From assembly GCA_018063065.1 (NCBI GenBank), contig JAGORB010000001.1, positions 1 through 54,725 of the forward strand: a stretch of 54,725 bases of DNA, read 5' to 3'. The notes below the pieces were generated by a model, which was not told the DNA's origin, searched no databases, and saw only the letters and a program-made list of their open reading frames with translations. How positions within the stretch are numbered: position 1 is the first letter of the stretch; each line of letters starts with the position of its first letter. Positions 52,684-54,725 of this stretch are shown here, in pieces. The position numbers were made by a program, and so were the translations under genes. The DNA is from Minisyncoccota bacterium (GTDB lineage: Bacteria > Patescibacteriota > Minisyncoccia > Phycocordibacterales > XYD1-FULL-46-19).

Positions 52684-54693
52684 ATGGCCATCTTTAAATT
52701 AAAGAGTAAATACAAGCCCGATGGCGATCAGCCCAAGGCGATTAAAAGTTTGGTGGAGGGCCTTAAGAAGGGCTATCGCCACCAAACGCTTTTAGGTGTG
52801 ACCGGCTCGGGCAAGACTTACACCATGGCCAATGTGCTGGAGGAGTGGAATAAGCCCGTCTTGGTAATCGCTCACAATAAAACCCTAGCCGCGCAATTAG
52901 CTCAGGAATACAGAGATTTTTTTCCGGATGCCGCGGTGCATTACTTTGTCTCTTATTACGATTACTACCAGCCTGAGGCTTACATGCCGGTAACGGATAC
53001 TTATATTGAGAAGGATGCCGCCATTAATGAAGAGATTCAGCGCTTGCGCCACGCCAGTACGGCGGCGCTCCTCACTCGACCCGACACGATTATTGTGGCT
53101 TCAGTGTCATGCATTTATGGTCTTGGTAGTCCGGCCGAATATGCTAAAGAAAATTTATTACTTAAAGTCGGTCAAAAATTAGATCGCACTGACTTGTTAG
53201 AGAATTTGGTCCAGATTTATTACGAGCGCACCAATGCCGATTTAACGCCGGGCACCTTCCGCGCTATTGGCTCCTCGGTAGAGATTATGCCGCCCTCCGA
53301 GAAGGAGGTTTATCGTTTAGATTTATCTAGCGGCAAGATTGAAGTGATTGAGCGTATTGATGCCGTGAGCCGAGTTATTTTAAATCAGCCTAAGAATATT
53401 ATTCTCTTCCCGGCCAAGCACTTTATTACCCCCGAGCATGAGCGCGAGCGCGCTATTAAGGCGATTAAGCTAGAGATGGAGGCGCAAGTGAAGAAGTTTG
53501 AAGCCGAGGGCAAATTGCTCGAGGCTGAGCGTATCAAGCGTCGCACTAATTATGACTTGGCGATGATTAAGGAGTTGGGCTACACCAATGGCGTGGAGAA
53601 TTATTCTCGCCATCTCGCCGGCCGCGCGGCCGGCAGCCCACCCGATACCTTGCTCGACTACTTCCCCCATAAAAAGGATGGCTCACCCGACTTCCTCACC
53701 ATTATTGATGAGTCGCATGTCACCGTCTCCCAAATTGGCGGCATGTATGCGGGAGATCAGAGCCGCAAAAAAACTTTAGTTGAGTATGGCTTTAGATTGC
53801 CGAGTGCCAAGGATAATCGGCCACTCCAATTTAATGAGTTTGAAGAGCGGGTGGGGCAGGTAATTTATACTTCGGCGACGCCGGGTCAATATGAGGCCGA
53901 GCATTCTGAACAAGTGGTGGAGCAAATTATTCGCCCTACCGGTTTGGTGGATCCGGAGCTTACGGTTAATCCGGTAATTGCCGGTAAAACTTACCCTGGC
54001 CAGATTAAAGATTTTATCGCGGAAGCCAAGAAGGAGATTGAGAAGGGACACCGCGCCATGGCCACCACCCTGACCAAGAAGATGGCCGAGGACTTATCAG
54101 AATTTTTAAAACAAGAGGGGATCAAGACCGAGTATTTGCACAGCGATGTTAAAACACTGGATCGGATTACCATCCTCACCGACTTTAGACGGGGGAAGTT
54201 TGATTGTTTGGTTGGTGTTAACTTGCTCCGCGAGGGCTTGGATATGCCGGAGGTGTCATTCATTGGCATTTTGGATGCTGATAAGGAAGGATTTTTAAGA
54301 TCGGATGTATCGCTTATCCAGACCATTGGCCGGGCGGCGCGTAATGCGGCAGGTAGGGTAACGCTGTATGCTGATACGGTAACCGGCTCCATGGAGCGGG
54401 CCATCGGTGAGACTAATCGTCGACGAGCTATCCAGCTGGCTTATAACAAGAAGCATGGCATTACCCCGCAGACGATTATTAAAAAGATTCATGATATTAC
54501 CGAGAGTTTAGAGTTGGAGCGTAATCAAACGGTGCGTAACTTGTTGGCCTTAGACCGCGCCGCTTACGGTGGCAACATCAAGAAGCTCTTAAAAGAAAAG
54601 GAGAAGCAGATGAATGAAGCGGTTAAAAACCTCGACTTCGAAACCGCCGCCATTTTACGTGATGAAATTAAAGAACTCGCCACGTTAAAGTAA
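52684..54693 (+). CDS. uvrB: excinuclease ABC subunit B
   Basis: 669 aa from the ATG at 52684 (MAIFKLKSKYKPDGDQPKAI). Motifs include GVTGSGKT, the beta-hairpin region YDYYQPEAY, DESH, and a C-terminal UVR domain (FETAAILRDEIKEL). Confidence 0.96.
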   Translation: MAIFKLKSKYKPDGDQPKAIKSLVEGLKKGYRHQTLLGVTGSGKTYTMANVLEEWNKPVLVIAHNKTLAAQLAQEYRDFFPDAAVHYFVSYYDYYQPEAYMPVTDTYIEKDAAINEEIQRLRHASTAALLTRPDTIIVASVSCIYGLGSPAEYAKENLLLKVGQKLDRTDLLENLVQIYYERTNADLTPGTFRAIGSSVEIMPPSEKEVYRLDLSSGKIEVIERIDAVSRVILNQPKNIILFPAKHFITPEHERERAIKAIKLEMEAQVKKFEAEGKLLEAERIKRRTNYDLAMIKELGYTNGVENYSRHLAGRAAGSPPDTLLDYFPHKKDGSPDFLTIIDESHVTVSQIGGMYAGDQSRKKTLVEYGFRLPSAKDNRPLQFNEFEERVGQVIYTSATPGQYEAEHSEQVVEQIIRPTGLVDPELTVNPVIAGKTYPGQIKDFIAEAKKEIEKGHRAMATTLTKKMAEDLSEFLKQEGIKTEYLHSDVKTLDRITILTDFRRGKFDCLVGVNLLREGLDMPEVSFIGILDADKEGFLRSDVSLIQTIGRAARNAAGRVTLYADTVTGSMERAIGETNRRRAIQLAYNKKHGITPQTIIKKIHDITESLELERNQTVRNLLALDRAAYGGNIKKLLKEKEKQMNEAVKNLDFETAAILRDEIKELATLK

Positions 54694-54725
54694 TCTTTTT
54701 ACGTGGTTGACAAAAGTGGAATAAA

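Overview
The window looks like a contiguous piece of a small, streamlined bacterial chromosome. My inference from gene content and short protein versions is a Candidate Phyla Radiation / Patescibacteria-like organism. It uses the standard genetic code (TGA works as a stop, e.g. 33229-33231). Most of the window is housekeeping: rpmG (partial), tRNA-Trp, gpmI, eno, miaA, tRNA-Leu, parB, a short RelA/SpoT homologue, topA, dprA, serS, an FtsQ-like gene, a Clp-type AAA+ protein, a YkuD/S11 cell-wall enzyme, dus, dnaX, tRNA-Gln, cspA, a DEAD-box helicase, typA, msrA, msrB, a 2-hydroxyacid dehydrogenase, tgt and uvrB. Many small hypothetical or membrane proteins lie between them.

The most unusual region is 22.8-27.2 kb, where everything is on the minus strand. 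Eleven copies of a conserved terminator-promoter hairpin cassette, plus two weaker hairpins, split the DNA into roughly 8-10 tiny non-coding transcription units of about 60-220 nt. These units have unique bodies. They are interleaved with three protein genes: a 203-aa protein with a RAMP-like glycine-rich C-terminus, a 57-aa very basic protein, and an Fe-S XPD/DinG-family helicase. I could not match this architecture to any system I know.

Other items worth a second look:
- A large secreted PG-binding/Ig/LamG protein whose signal peptide is out of frame behind a G7 tract, downstream of a heptanucleotide repeat. It looks like a contingency locus, or it is a homopolymer error.
- A nested, disrupted tRNA-Gln locus bounded by 15-bp inverted repeats, followed by a low-GC islet (GIY-YIG, EgtD-like methyltransferase, Nudix).
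- A protein built of four Cys-rich modules.
- A membrane-anchored Clp-like ATPase with a degenerate first nucleotide-binding domain.
- A MazG-like tandem protein with Cys knuckles.
- An extremely acidic repeat protein.

All calls come from reading the sequence and ORF translations by eye. No database search was run.
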